NCBI RefSeq assembly: GCF_004010195.1
Contig: NC_057750.1
Span: 14,588,435-14,652,434, forward strand
Reading direction: 5' to 3'
Origin: Chiloscyllium plagiosum
Lineage: Eukaryota
DNA length: 64,000 nt
Below are positions 24,028 to 38,415 of the stretch, one piece after another. The position numbers and the translations under genes are program-made. The notes under the pieces were generated by a model. It made no database searches. It was not told the DNA's origin and saw nothing but the letters and a program-made list of their open reading frames with translations. Position 1 is the stretch's first letter; each line of letters starts with the position of its first letter.

Positions 24028-25325
24028 ATTGAATTGAATTTATTGTCACGTGTACCGAGGCACAGTGAAAAACTTTGTTTTGCGAACAATACAGGTAGAT
24101 CACAGAGTTAAGTAGCATAGATAAGTAAATAATAGATAAACAGCGGCAAAAACAAAACACAGGTACAGGCGAATGTTAAATGTTTGTGAGTCCGTTCAGT
24201 ATTCTAACAACAGTAGGATAGAAGCTGTTTCGAAACTGGCAGGTGTGTGTATTTAGGCTTCTGTACTTTCTCCCCGATGGTAGAGATTATACAAAAACAT
24301 TGCCAGGGTGGGAAGGATCTTTGAGAATGCTGGCGGCCTTTCCTTGACAGCGGGCCTGGTAGATGGATTCTATAGATGGGAGGTTGGCCTTTGTGATTGT
24401 CCGGGCTGAGTTCACCACTCTCTGTAACCACCTCNNNNNNNNNNNNNNNNNNNNNNNNNNNNNNNNNNNNNNNNNNNNNNNNNNNNNNNNCAGTGAACTT
24501 GTAAATGGCATTAGTCTGGTATTTGGCGACACAGTCATGGGTATACAGTGAGTACAGTAGAGGGCTGAGTACGCATCCTTGGGGGTCTCCAGTGTTGAGT
24601 ATTAGTGAGGATGAAATATTGTCCCCAATCTTCACTGATTGTGGCCTGTGGGTCAGGAAACTGAGGATCCAGTTGCAGAGAGTGGGGCTTAGTCCGAGAT
24701 CGCTAAGTTTAGTAATCAGTCTCGAGGGGATAATAGTTTTGAAAACTGAACTGTAGTCAATGAGTAGAATTCTTACGTAGCTGTTCTTGGTGTCAAGATG
24801 TTCTAGGGAGGAGTAAAGGGCAAGTGATATGGCATCTGACGTGGATCTGTTGGTCTGATAGGCAAATTGGAGTGGGTCAAGAGTAGTGGGGAGGCTGGAG
24901 TTGATTAATGCCATGACTAGCCTTTCAAAGCACTTCATGACCACTGAGGTTCGGGCCTCTGGGCGATAGTCATTGAGACATCCTGCATGAGCCTTCTAAG
25001 GCACAGGAATGATGTTGACCCTCTTGAAACAGGTAGGGACAGTGGCCTGCTGCAGGGAGAGGTTGAAGATGTCTGAGAAGACTTCTGCCAGTTGATCTGT
25101 GCATGCTCTGAGTGCACGGCCTGGTACTCCGTCTGGTTCCATCGCCTTCCTAGGATTCACACCAAGGACAACTGATCTGACCTCTGATGCAGTGACTGTT
25201 GGTATAGGTTTGTCAGGACTTGTCGGAACAGGTGTTACTCTCCGCCGAAATTCTGCTCAAAGCGAGCACAGAAGACATTGAGTCAATCCGGGAGGGATGT
25301 GTCATCGTCTGCTATCTTGCACTGT
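24028..25325 (-). mobile_element. Rex1/Babar-clade LINE (RT), 5'-truncated
   Basis: [62 protein letters not shown]; (CAATT)n tail. Confidence 0.9.
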
Positions 25326-27314
25326 CAATTTCTAGAACTAAGATAAGTGGTTTTAAAACAAAAAAAAGGGCAGATCTTAAGACTTAGAAAGGGTGGTTAA
25401 GAGTCAACTATATTGCTGTAGGTCTCGAGTAAATAAAGTCACCACAGTCACATTCTCTCATAAAAAGATGATTTGTGGTAAGTTTAATCTGAGAACCACC
25501 AAACCACATGACGAGGCTGAGAAACTGAGACCTTTCTGGTGATTTTGGCCAGTCTGGAAATTGAACCTACAGTGTTGGTGTTAATCTGCATTGCACAACA
25601 GCCATCCAGTCAACTGAGCTAGCCAATCCCCAAATGAATAGCATGTATGCCAGACCAGGATGGCAAATTCCCTTCTCTAAAACTAACCAGAATATGTGTT
25701 TTCTTTTAGTAGCTATGGTCACTATTATTGGGACTAGTTTTCAACTTGAGTCTTTATAAAGTTAACTTCCAGTCGCTGTTGAACCAACATCCACAAATTA
25801 CTAGCTCAGCGACAACACCATTACACCAGCATCTCCCTTAAGGGCTGACGCTGCAATTTCACCACCCTGTACTTCAAATTGAAAATCAGGAGCACTATTC
25901 AGAAATCAGGCAAAGTGCAAACTATACTTACCTTGCCACCATTCCTGAAACCAGTGAACAGCTTCTGTCAGGAACTGTGAATAACTGTCAATACCTTTGC
26001 AGCCCATATCTGAAATTGTGTTTTTTGGAAGGGGCGGTGCTAATCAAGGTGGGGGAAGGTAAACTTAGTCGAGACAAGCAGAACTTATTTTGCAGTAAGC
26101 TCAGCATTGGTCCAGTCGCAGGTAACCTGCTGCTCAGAACGTTAAGGTGCCCATGAACAGAGCCTGATGTTGAACTGTTGATGGGATTAATGAACCGTTA
26201 AGGTAAGTTGCCTGTCTCTCTGCCAGCAGAAATGATTTCAGCTTAACTGTTAGAATTGTTTAGAATTTCGAATGGCTATTATATTTCCCCATTCTGTAGA
26301 GAACATCATCTCTAAATTAAGGACCCTCATCATGAGTACTGTTCGGTTCTGTAGAACCTTATTAGCTATTCACCCTTTGTGATGAAGAGGAGATGCTTTA
26401 CATAATTGGAATGACGAGTACCCAGTCCACCATTAGTGCCCTCACTAACGCTTCTCCTCTCACAATTCTGGGTAGCTTTTGAACAAGAGCCTAACTCCCT
26501 GAGCACAGTACAGACCTTGTGCTAACTTACGAATGGAAAATTTCCCTCAGAACTTGCCTTTGGTCGACATGTAAATTCTCAGTGTGCTCGTCTGGTCTTG
26601 AGAGGCATTTATTCTAAACTGTATTTTTTGCATAAATCTCAACTGTCGAAGGTATTGCTTTGAGTGTCACAGCTTACAGCATCAAACAACATAGGAGGCC
26701 CTTCAGCCCATCATGCCTGTGCCAGCCCCTACAAAAGGTAGTGGTAATCCAATTAGTTCTCCTCTTGACTCCCTCCCCACATCTTTACCTATAGAGTGGC
26801 AAATGTTTGTACTTTAAGCATTTATTCAATTCTCTTTTTGAAAGTTGTTATTAACTATGTTTCTGCTAACCTTCATGGCATTGCATTCCACTCTCCTGCA
26901 ATATGGTGACTGGAACTAAGTGCGGCCCTCTATCTTCAGTCAAACTTGTTACAGCTCTAGAAGAACCTCCCTGTATTCATTTTCGAGACCTCAGCCAAGG
27001 CAAGAAATAATGCAAAGAAGAGTCATACCAGACTCTGTAACTCACTCCTCAAATGCTGACAGACCTGCTGACTTTCTCATACACTTTGTTTTTGTTCATG
27101 GAGGTGTCCCACCTGTCTCCTTGACCACTTTCTTGATCTGTCCTGCTAACTTCAGGGGTCTGTGGACCTCCATTCCAATGTCCTTCCACCCCTCTTCACC
27201 TTCCATAATCTCTCTCCTTGCCTTGCCTGCTATTCTCCAACCATTAACTCACACTTCTCTCGACTGAATTCCATTGCCACCATTTTGCCCACCCAACCAG
27301 TTCCAAATTTGTGA

Positions 27315-29795
27315 GAGCTGCTCTGGAGGGAGGCGAGAGAGGAGGGAGAGTGGTGTTTTTGATAAGGAATAGTATTACTGCTGTACTTAGAGAGGATATT
27401 CCTTGGAATACATCCAGGAGGGGGGAAAAAGAGGCGGGGGTGTAGCACTGCTAATCAGAGAGGGTATCACAGCTACAGAAGTTACTATTGTTGAGGAGGG
27501 TCTGCCTACTGAGGCAGTATGGGTGGAAATTAGGAACAGTAAGGGAGCAGTCACCGCATTAGGGGTTTACTACAGTCCCCCCAATAGCAGCAGGGAGATT
27601 GAAGAAAGCATAGGTCGGCAGATTTTGGAAAAGTGTGAATATAGTAGGGTTGTTGTAATAGGTGACTTTAATTTTCCCAATATTGATTGGAACCTCCTTC
27701 GAGCAGATGGTTTGAAAGGAGCTGCTTTTGTAAGGTGTGTTCAGGAGGATTTCCTAACTCAGAACGTTGACAGGCCGAGGAGGGGAGAGGCCATTTTGGA
27801 TTTGGTGTCAGATCTTGCGGTGGGAGAGCATTTTGGTGATAGTGACCACAACTGCCTCACATTCTACATAGCTATGGCGAAGGAGAGAAGCAGGCACAAT
27901 GGGAGGATATTTAATTGGGGAAAAGGAAACTATGATGCTATCAGACGAGAGTTGGGGGAGCATGAACTGGGAGCAATTTCTCCATGGAAAGGGCACTATA
28001 GACATGTGGAGACTGTTTAAGGAACAATAAGAGAATGATCAAAGAAAGAGTAGGGCTGATCAGGGATAGCATAGGGAACTTGTGTATAGAGTCTGAGGAG
28101 GTAGGGGAAGCCCTAAATGAGTTTTTTGCTTCTGTCTTTACTAAAGAAAAGGACCTTGTAGTGAATGAAACCATTGAGGAGCAGGTAGGCATGCTGGAAC
28201 GGATAAAGATTGAGGAAGCTGATGTGCTGAAAATTTGACAAACATTAAGATTGACAAGTTGTCAGGGCCAGACCAGATTTGTCCTCGGTGGCTTTGGGAA
28301 GTGAGAAATGTGATTGCTTTGCTGCTTGCGAAGATCTTTGCATCCTCACTCTCCACCGGAGTCGTACCTGAGGACTGGAGGAAGGCAAATGTAATTCCTC
28401 TCTTAAAGAAAGGAAATAGGGAAATCCCCGGCAATTACAGACAAGTACATCTCACGTCTGTCGTCTGCAAGGTGTTAGAAAGGATTCTGAGGGGTAGGAT
28501 TTATGACCATCTGGAAGAGCATGGCTTGATTAAATGCAGTCAGCATGGCTTTGTGAGGGGCAGGTCATGCCTCACAAACCTTATCAAGTTCTTTGAGGAT
28601 GTTACTAGACAAGTTGATGAGGGTCGAGCGGTGGATGTGGTGTACACGGACTTCAGCAAGGCATTTGGTCAGGTTCCCCATTGTAGGCTCATTCAGAAGG
28701 TCAGGAGGAATGAGATACAGGGAAATTTAGCTGTCTGGATACAGAATTGGCTAGTCGACAGAAGACAGCGAGTGGTAGTGGAAGGAAAGTATTCAGCCCG
28801 GAACTCAGTGGTGAGTGGTGTTCCACAGGGCTCTGTCCTTGGGCCTCTATTCTTTGTAATTTTTATTAATGACTTGGATGAGGAGATTGAAGGATGGGTC
28901 AGCAAGTTTGCAGATGACACAAAGGTTGGAGGTGTCGTTGACAGGATAGAGGACTGTTGTAGGCTGCAGCGGGACATTGACAGGATGCAGAGATGGGCTG
29001 AGAGGTGGCAGATGGAGTTCAACCTGGAAAAATGCGAAATGATGCATTTTGGAAGGTTGAACTTGAAAGTTGAGTACAGGATTAAAGACAGGATTCTTGG
29101 CAGTGTGGAGGAACAGCGGGATCTTGATGTGCAGGTACATAGACCCCCTTAAAATTGCCACTCAAGTGGACAGGGTTGTTAAGGAAGCATATGGTGTTTT
29201 GGCTTTCATTAACAGGGGGATTGAGTTTAAGAGCCGCGAGATCTTGTTGCAGCTCTATAAAACTTTGGGTAGACCGCACTTAGAATACTGTGTCCAGTTC
29301 TGGTCGCCCTATTATAGGAAAGATGTGGATGCTTTGGAGAGGGTTCAGAGGACATTTACCAGGATGCTGTCTGGACTGAAGGGCTTATCTTACGAAGAGA
29401 GGTGTACTGAGCTCAGACTATTTTCATGGAATAAAGAAGGAAGAGAGGGGACCTAATTGAGGTGTATAAGATAATGAGAGGCATAGATAGAGTTGATAGC
29501 CAGAAATTGTTAACACGAGGGGTCATAGTTTTAAGCTGTTTAGTGGAAAGTATAGAGGGGATGTCAGAGGCGGGTTCTTTACGCAGAGAGTTGTGAGAGC
29601 ATGGAATGCATTGCCAGCAGCAGTTGTGGCAGTGAGGTCATTGGGGATATTTAAGAGACTGCTGGACATGCATATGGTCACAGACATTTGAGGGTTTGTA
29701 CATTAGGTTTACCTTACATAAGGATCAATGGTCGGCACAACATCGTGGGGTGAAGGGCCTGTTCTGTGCTGTACTGTTCTATGTTCTATGTTCTA
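27315..29795 (+). mobile_element. CR1 LINE, most of ORF2 (APE endonuclease and RT), frameshifted
   Basis: GGGVALLI, VVIGDFNFPNIDW, SDH, QHGFVRGRSCLTNL, GVPQGSVLGP, FADD; (TTCTATG)n tail. Confidence 0.95.
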
Positions 29796-29799
29796 TGAA

Positions 29800-32435
29800 A
29801 GTTAGTTGGGTGGAACTAACTTGTAAGGAGATTTCACTTATCTGTAAGAATAATAGGGTGGTTATGGTTGGGGATTTTAACTTTCCAAACATAGTCTAGG
29901 ACTGCCACAGTGTTAAGGGTTCAGATGGGGAGGAATTTGTTAAGTGTGTACAAGAAACATTTCTGATGCAGTATGTGGATGTATCTCCTACAGAAGGTGC
30001 AACACTTGACTTACTCTTGGAAAAAAGGCAGTGCAGGTGACTGAGGTGTCAACAGGGGAGCACTTTGGGGCCAGCGACCATAATTCTATTAGTTTTAAAA
30101 TGGTGATGGAAACAGATGAACCAGATCTAAAAGTTGAAGTTCTAAATTGGAGGAAGGCTAATTTTGATGGTTTTAGGCAAGAACTTTCAAAAGCTGATTG
30201 GGGGCAAATGTTCGCAGGTAAAGGGACGGCTGGAAAATGGGAAGCCTTCAGAAATGAGATAAAAAGAATCCAGAGAAAGTATATTCCTCTCGGGTGAAAG
30301 GAAAGGCTGCTAGGTGTAGGGAATGCTGGATTACTACAGAAATTGAGGTTTTGGTTAAGAAAACAAAGTAAGCATATGTCAGGTATAGGCAGGAGAGATC
30401 AACAGAATCCTTAGAAGAGTATAACGGCCGTAGGAGCATACTTAAGAGAGAATTCAGGAGGGCAAAAAAGGGGACATGAGATAGCTTTGGCAAGTAGGGT
30501 TAAAGAGAATCTAAAAGGGTTTTATAAATACATTAAAGACAAAAGAGAATTGGGCCCCTCAAAGATCAACAAAGCTCCCTATATGTGGAGCCGCAAGAGA
30601 TGAGGGAGATACTAAATGAGTATTTTACATCAGTGTTTACTGTGGAGAAGGACATGGAAGATATAGAATGTGTGGAAATAGATGGTGACATCCTGAAAAT
30701 GTCCATATTACATATGAGGAGGTCCTGGATGTCTTGAAACGCATAAAAGTGGATAAATCCCCAGGACCTGATCAGGTGTACCCGAGAACTCTATGGGAAA
30801 ATAGGGAAGTGATTGCTGGGCCCCTTGCTGAGATATTTGTGTCATCGATAGTCACAGGTGAGGTGACTGAAGACTGGAGGTTGGCTAATGTGGTGCCACT
30901 ATTTAAGAAGGGCGATAAGGAAAAGCCAGGGAACTATAGATCGGTGAACCTAATGTTGGTGATGGGCAAGTTGTTGGAGGGAATCCTGAGGGACAGGATG
31001 TACATGTATTAGGAAAGGCAAGGACTGATTAGGGCTTTGTGTTTGGGAAATCATGTCATATGAACTTGATTGAGTTTTTTGAAGAAGTAACAAAGAGGAT
31101 TGATGAGGACAGAGCAGTGTATGTGACCTATATGGTCTTCAGTAAGGCATTCGACAAGGTTCCCCATGGGAGACTGATGAGCAAGGTTAGATCTCATGGA
31201 ATACAGGGAGAACTAGCCATTTGGATACAGAAGTGGATTGTAGATGCAAGACAGAGGATGGTGGTGGAGGGTTGATTTTCAGACTGGAGGCCTGTCACCA
31301 GTGTAGTGTGACAAAGATCGGTGCTGGGTCCATTACTTTTCGTCATTTATATAAATGATTTGGATATGAGCATAAGAGATATAGTTAGTAAGTTTGCAGA
31401 TGACACCAAAATTGGAGGTGTAGTGGACAGCGAAGGAGGTTACCTCAGATTACAACAGGATCTGTGGGCGGCACGGTGGCACAGTGGTTAGCACTGCTGC
31501 CTCACAGCGCCAGAGACCCGGGTTCAATTCCCGCCTCAGGCCTCAGCATGTGTGGAGTTTGCACGTTCTCCCCGTGTCTGCGTGGGNNNNNNNNNTTGTC
31601 CGTAGTGTTAGGTAAGGGGTAAATGTAGGGGTATGGGTGGGTTGCGCTTCGGCGGGTCGGTGTGGACTTGTTGGGCCGAAGGGCCTGTTTCCACACTGTA
31701 ATCTAATCTAATCTAATCTAATCTTGACCAGATGGGCCAGTGGACTGAAAAGTGGTAGATGGAGTTTAATTTAGATAAATGTGAGGTGCTGCATTTTGGA
31801 AAGGCAAATCAGAGCAGGACTTATAAACTTAATTCTAAGGTCCTAGGGAGTGTTGCTGAACAAAGAGACCTTGGAGTACAGGTTCATATTTCCTTGACAG
31901 TTGAGTCACAGGTAAATAGGATAGTGAAGAAGGCATTTGGTATGCTTTCCTTTATTGGTCAGTGATTGAGTATAGGAGTTAGGAGGTCATGTTGTACAGG
32001 ACATTGGTTAGGCCACTGTTGGAATACTGCATGCAAATCTGTTCTCCTTCCTATCAGAAGGATGTTGTGAAACTTTAAGGGTTCAGAAAAGATTTACAAG
32101 GATGTTGCCAGGGTTGGAGGATTTGAGCTATACAGGTAGGCTGAATAGGTTGGGGCTGTTTTCTCTGGAGCGTTGGAGGCTGAGGTATGACCTTATAGAG
32201 GCTTATAAAATCATGAGGAGAAAGATATAAAAGGGACATAAGGGACAAATTTTTCACACAGAGGGTGTTGTATGTATGGAAGGATATTTAAAAGGCATCT
32301 TGTTGGGTATATGATTAGGAAGAGTTTAGAGAGATATGGGCCAAGTGCTGGCACTAGATTAGGTTAGAATATCTGGTCAGCATAGACGAATTGGACCGGA
32401 GGCTCTGTTTCCGTGCTGTACATCTCTATGACTCG
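29800..32435 (+). mobile_element. CR1 LINE ORF2 remnant with a nested HE1 SINE (31466-31720)
   Basis: GDFNFPNI, ASDH, KSPGPDQVYPR, FADD; many stops. Confidence 0.93.
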
Positions 32436-33559
32436 ATTTATATCTTCCTGTAGTCTACAGAATAGAGCCAGTTTTCGTATCCTTTTCAAAGCTTTCAATA
32501 TCGCCTCCTAAGTTTAAGTCTAGATCATGAAACTATATCAGAAACAGCAAAGGGGCCCAGTATTGAGCCCCTTACTTACAGAGGGAAGTAAGAATGTGGG
32601 GAATGTGGTAAGTTGGTGAATTGATGTTTTCTCTGCCTGTGTCGCATAGGATATAACTAAGTGAAAATTTTCTTTTGTTCAGAAAGCTTCAGTGAACTCA
32701 CTTTCGCAATAATAATTTGGAAACTTTGAGATGTTGCAAATATGCTCAAGGCCAGAAAGGAAAGTACAGATATATAAACATTCTTAGCGACAGTCACCTT
32801 CATAGCCACTGGCGATGCTGTTTTTCAAATCAACAATAACGTATTTCAGCATTTTCCACCACTCCCTGTTGACTTTTGAATCTTTACACAGTAGAACTGC
32901 AGAAACAGATGGAGGAACTGAACTGGCAATTAGCCTGTAATTGGAATTTCCACAAATAGGTTTGGTGGGTATTTCATGCGATCAAGCACGTACAATATTA
33001 ATTGCTATGTTAGTCTGAGGCCACATAAATAGATTATGTGACCCAATGACTGGCGGGTTATACCAAAGTGCATGCCTTTGGTTGTTCACAATCGGCAGTA
33101 TACTGACTCGATTCAACCAATCCATGCTTGCAAACCTCAGAGCTTAAGGTTAATGTTCAATGTGATTCTGACATTGGGTAATGCTTATTGAACAATGCCA
33201 TTAGACTAACAACCAATTTAAAATTATCAATCTGGCTCACAATATATAGCTCACTAATGCTTGGTCAAAATTATATGACCTGTCCTCTGTAAGAAAAGAC
33301 AACATGGTCAAGCACTGCCACTGATTGAAATGGAAATAAACATGGGAAACAATAGCTTGTGGTGCATTCTCCTTGACAATGCCTTGACCAATCAGCATTA
33401 ACATGCCAACCAATCAGCGCTTTGTTCTCATGGAGTATAAATTGTTGTTCCCATTGAAATTTGGGATTCTTGCATCTGTCTTGATGAATGGACAAAAAGC
33501 TTTACCAGTGTCACAAAGCTGGTCCACTTTTTCTAAAACCTGTTCCTTTTCTCAAGGAT

Positions 33560-34452
33560 ACTGTGTCCTTGTTTTTTATCAGAGGGGTTGTAAACCACTC
33601 AGGCTCCGAATTGGCTGGGTTGGTACAGTGATGAAAAGGATATTGGGAGGCCATTTTGTTTCTACATAAACAGATGAGACTATCGGCCAAAGCTTACATT
33701 TTAGAAGTGACCTGTATAATGAAAGGAGAGTGGTCAGTCCTAGAAACTGGAGTTTTGTTTGAGTCAGTTCAGCTGCAGGCTGTGTGGAAACAGGCAGGTA
33801 GGCTCCCTCTCCTTCTGCCCTTCTAACTTCAGCCTGTAAACCTTTGTTTAAGTTTTACTGTATTTAAGGGGATAGTTTATTGGGACTGTTGTGCATATTC
33901 AGAACAGTATAATTAAGTCTAGTTTGGATAGACTGAGTTCTGTAGGTATTCTTTATGTTTCATTAGATTAGATTACCTACAGTGTGGAAACAGGCCCCTC
34001 AGCCCAACAAGTCCACACCAACTTCCGAAGAGAAACCCATCCCTCTATATTTATCCCTGACTAATCCACCTAACACTACGGGCAATTTAGCATGGCCAAC
34101 TCACCTAACCTGCACATCTTTGGACTGTGGGAGGAAACCGGGGCACCCGGAAGAAACCCACACAGACGTGGGGAGAATGTGCAAACTCCACACAGACAGT
34201 TGCCCGAGGCAGGAATTGAACCCAGGTTCCTGGCACTGTGAGGCAGCAGTGCTAACAGTTGAGTCACCGTGCCATCCTGGTGTAATTGTGTAATTTTGTG
34301 AATAATCTTTTGTCTGTTTTAAAACCTGATAGTCAACATTGCTAGCTTACTCCGGGTAATTTTCACTGTACACCTACCGAAACAAATTGCAAAGTTACAG
34401 CCTGGGCTGCCTGCTTCAGAATGTTTTCTGTGGTGTGGCCTAGTCCATAACA
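33560..34452 (+). mobile_element. Probable solo LTR with a nested HE1 SINE (33963-34277, -)
   Basis: Ends ..ggcctagtccataaca, like the end of the 8150 LTR; start uncertain. Confidence 0.5.
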
Positions 34453-34535
34453 CTAATAAATCTCTTTTCTCAGCAATAATGCACAAGCATTTTTTTAGGA
34501 AGGTAAGTGATGGAAAGTTGAGCTACAAAATTAAT

Positions 34536-36045
34536 GATTTGGAGATGACGGTGTTGGTCTGGGGTGGGCAAAGTTAAAAATCACATAATACCAGGTTATA
34601 GTCCAAAAGGTTTATTTGGAAGCACTAGCTTTCTGAGCGCTGCTCCTTCATCAGGTGGTTGTGGAGAATAAGATTGTAAGACGCAGAATTTATAGCAAAA
34701 GTTTACAGTGTGATGTTACTGAAATTATACATTGAAAGAGACCTGTATTGTTTGTTAAGGCTCTCATCTTTTAGAATGACCATGTTGGTTTCAGTTCCTT
34801 CATATATAAATCACAAAACGTTTTTAAAAGTTATATTCTCAAGTGAACTTTAATAATTGTAATCATGTTGGCCCAGATAATGTATTGAAGATGTTAGTTC
34901 CCTGTGTGAGGCTGTCTGTGCCACAATGGTCAGACTGATTCTAATCTAAAAAATGGATTAACAGAAAATTACATGGATTCATGCAGTTTTTGAGCAAAGT
35001 AAAATATAATTCTGCAAGGACAAATTCACCCCACAAACTTATATGTATATGAGTGCGTGTGTTTATGTGTGGAGAAGGAGGGTTACGAGTGTCTGTGAGA
35101 GGGTGTGTGTGTGTGAGTGGAAAGGGATTTAAGTCTGTGAGGGTGTGTGTGTGTGGGAATGTATGTGTGTTTGCGTGTAGGAGTGTCTGTGTATGTTCAT
35201 CAGTCTGCATATCTGTATAGTGCAATGGGGTCACCTGTAGTGTGACATGAACCCGGTTGAGACCATCCCTATGGGTACCAAATTTGGCTATCAGCCTCTG
35301 CTCGGCCACTTTTCGTTGTTGCTTGTCCGGAAGTCCACCTTGGAGGATGGTCACCCGAACGTCCGAGGTCGAATGTCCTGGATCGCTGAAATGTTCTCTG
35401 ATTGGGAGGGAACACTCCTGTCTGTTGATTGTTCTGCAGTGTCCATTTATCCCGTTGCCGTAGCCTCTGTTTGGTCTCGCCAATGTACCATGCCTCAGGG
35501 CATCCTTGCCTGCAGGGTATGAGGTAGTCAATGTTGGCTGAGTTGCATGAGTATCTGCCACACACACACATAGTGGGAGGTGGCCCCATGTGTAATGTTG
35601 GTATCCGTGTCGACATTCTGACACGTCTTGCAGCGTCTACTGTGACAACGTTGTATGGTATTGTCCTGAAAGCCAGGCAGTTGCTATGAACAATTATCTG
35701 TTTGAGGTTTAGTGGCTGCTTAAAGGTGAGAAGTGGAGATGTGGGGAAGGTCTTGGTGAGGTGCTCATCCTCAGTAATAATGTGTTGCAGGCTGTGAAGA
35801 ACATGGTGTAGGTTTTCAGCTCCCAGGAAGTACTGGACAACGAAGGGTATCATGTCAGTTGCAGCTCGTGTCTGTCTCCTGAGGAGGTCATTTCAGTTAC
35901 ATCACACTGTAAATTTTTGCTTTAAATTCTGTGTCTTACAATCTTATTCTCCACAAACACCTGATGAAGGAGCGGCGCTCTGAAAGCGAGTGATTCCAAA
36001 TAAACCTGTTGGACTGTAACCTGGTGTTGTGTGATTTTTAACTTT
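34536..36045 (-). mobile_element. PLE family B, 5'-truncated, with GIY-YIG remnant and an inverted terminal repeat at ~35892-36045
   Basis: YLIPCRQGCPEAWYIGETKQRLRQR..EHFS..AEQRLIAKFGTHRDGLN; hammerhead-like motifs at 34623-34657 (-) and 35958-35992 (+); 13-bp TSD CTACAAAATTAAT (34523-34535 / 36046-36058). Confidence 0.92.
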
Positions 36046-36449
36046 CTACAAAATTAATTCAGTGTTGCACATTGCCCTATCTGCAAATGGTTTTACCAAT
36101 GAATTTGTGCTGCTGAGCAATATGAATTCATCCTCCCAGAGGGGCATATGAGGTACTATTGAAGTCAAATTCCTGTCTAGTAATTCCTGTTGTCCTATCC
36201 TAGTTGTCCAATCAGGACAAGATTGCAGCAATCTGTAATATTCTCCACAGCTGAATAATTTGCAGGTAATGTACAGCAACAACAACTTGAACTGATGTGG
36301 CACCTTTAATGTAGTAGCACGTTCCACAAGACTTCACAAGAGTGTCTGGCACAGAGAAGCTGATGCAGACCATTTAGCCCCTCAAGGCTGGTTTGCCATT
36401 CCCTGAGATGGTAGCTAATCTATGACTCTTGAGTAAACAGGGGTTAGTG

Positions 36450-38415
36450 AAAATCTCAAAGCCTTTTATTCACATATAAGGAGCAAGAGGGTAACTATAG
36501 AAAGGGTTGGCCCATTCAAGGACAAGGGAGGAAAGTTATGCATGGAGTCAGAGAAAATGGGTGAGATTCTTTGCGTCGGTATTCACCAAGGAGAGGGACA
36601 TGACTGATGTTGAGGTTAGGGATAGATGTTTGAGTACTCGAGATCAAGTCGGCATAAGGAGGGAGGAAGTGTTGGGTATTCCAAAAGGCATTAAGGCAGA
36701 CAAGTCCTCAGGTCCAGATGGGATCTATCCCAGGTTACTGATGGAAGTGAAAGAGGAAATAGCTGTGGCCTTAACAGATATCTTTGCAGCATCCTTGAAC
36801 AGGGGAGAGGTCCCGGAGGAGTGGAGAATTGCTAATGTTTTCCCCTTCTTTAAGAAGGGAAGCAAGTATAATCCAGGTAATTATAGACCGGTGAGCCTGA
36901 CATCAGTGGTAGGGAAGCTGCTAGAGAAATACTGAGGGATAGGATCAGTGATAGGCAACATGGTTTTGTGCAGGGAAGGTAATGTCCTACCAACTTAATA
37001 GAGTTCTTTGAGGAAGTGACAAAGTTGATTGATGAGGGAAGAACTGTAGATGTCATATACATGAACTTCAATAAGGTGTTTGTTAAAGTTCCCCATGGTA
37101 GGCCGATGGAGAAAGTAAAGTCGCATGGGGTCCAGGGTGTACTAGCTAGATGGTAGAGAACTGACTGGGCAGCAGGAGACAGAGAGTAGTAGTGGAAGGG
37201 AGTTTCTCAAAATGGAGAACTGTGACCAGTGGTGTTCCACAGGGATCTGTGTTGGGACCATTGTTATTTGTGTTATACATAAATGATCTGGAGCAAGGTG
37301 TAGATGGTCTGATTAGCACGTTTGCAGATGACACTAAGATTGGTGGAGTAGCAGATAGTGTAGAGGATTGTCAGAGAATGCAGCAGAATATAGATAGACT
37401 GGAGAGTTGACGGAGAAATGACAGATGGAGTTCAATCCGGGCAAATGAGAGGTGATGCATTTTGGAAGATCCAATTCAAGAGTGAACTGTACAGTAAATG
37501 GAAAATTAATGTACAGAGAGATCTGGGTATTCAGGTCCAATGTTCCCTGAAGGTGGCAACTCAGGTTGATAGAGTGGTCAAGAAGGCGTACGGCATGCTT
37601 TCCGTCATTGGCTGTTGTATTGAGCACAAGAATTGGAAGGTCATGTTACAGTTGTGTAAGACCAGTTTGGCTACATTTGGAGTACTGCATACAATTCTGG
37701 TCGCCACATTACCAAAAGGATGTGGATACTTTGGAGAGGGTGCAGAGGAGGTTCACCAGGAAGTTGCCTGGTACGGAGGGTGCTAGCTATGAAGAGAGGT
37801 TGAGTCGATTAGGATTATTTTCATTAGAAAGACGGAGGTTGGGGACAGCGCCAGAGACCTGGGTTCAATTCCCGCCTCAGGCGACTGACTGTGTGGAGTT
37901 TGCATATTTTCCCCGTGTCTGCGTGGGTTTCCTCCGGGTGCTCCGGTTTCCTCCCACGGTCCAAAAATGAGCAGGTTAGGTGAATTGCCCGTAGTGTTAG
38001 GTGAAGGGGTGGAATGTAGGGGGGTGGGTTGCGCTTCGGCGGGTCGGTGTGGACTTGTTGGGCCGAAGGGCCTGTTTCCACACTGTAAGTAATCTAATCT
38101 AATCTAAAACTACGGGCAATTTAGCATGGCCAATTCACCTAACCTGCACATTTTTCAGACCGTGGGAGGACTGTTTAAGGAAGATATGCATGGTAAGTTC
38201 TTTATGCAGAGGGTAGTTGAATGCATTGCCAGAGGAGGTGGTAGAGGTGGGCACGATGGCATCATTTAAGATGTATCTAGACAGATACATGAATGGGCTG
38301 TGAGCGGAGGGAACCAAATTCTTTGAAAATAGGTGAGAGGTTTAGATAGAGGATCTGGATTAGTGCAGGCTTGGAGGGCTGAAGGGCCTGTTCCTGTGCT
38401 GTAATGTTCTTTGTT
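36450..38415 (+). mobile_element. CR1 LINE RT remnant with nested HE1 (37845-38106 +, and a short minus-strand piece to ~38170)
   Basis: NYRPVSLTSVVGKLLE, SGVPQGSVLGPLLF, FADD. Confidence 0.93.

Noticed and set aside
28235..29152. 305-aa RT ORF as an active or domesticated gene
   Set aside because: Fragment of a frameshifted, internally deleted CR1 copy
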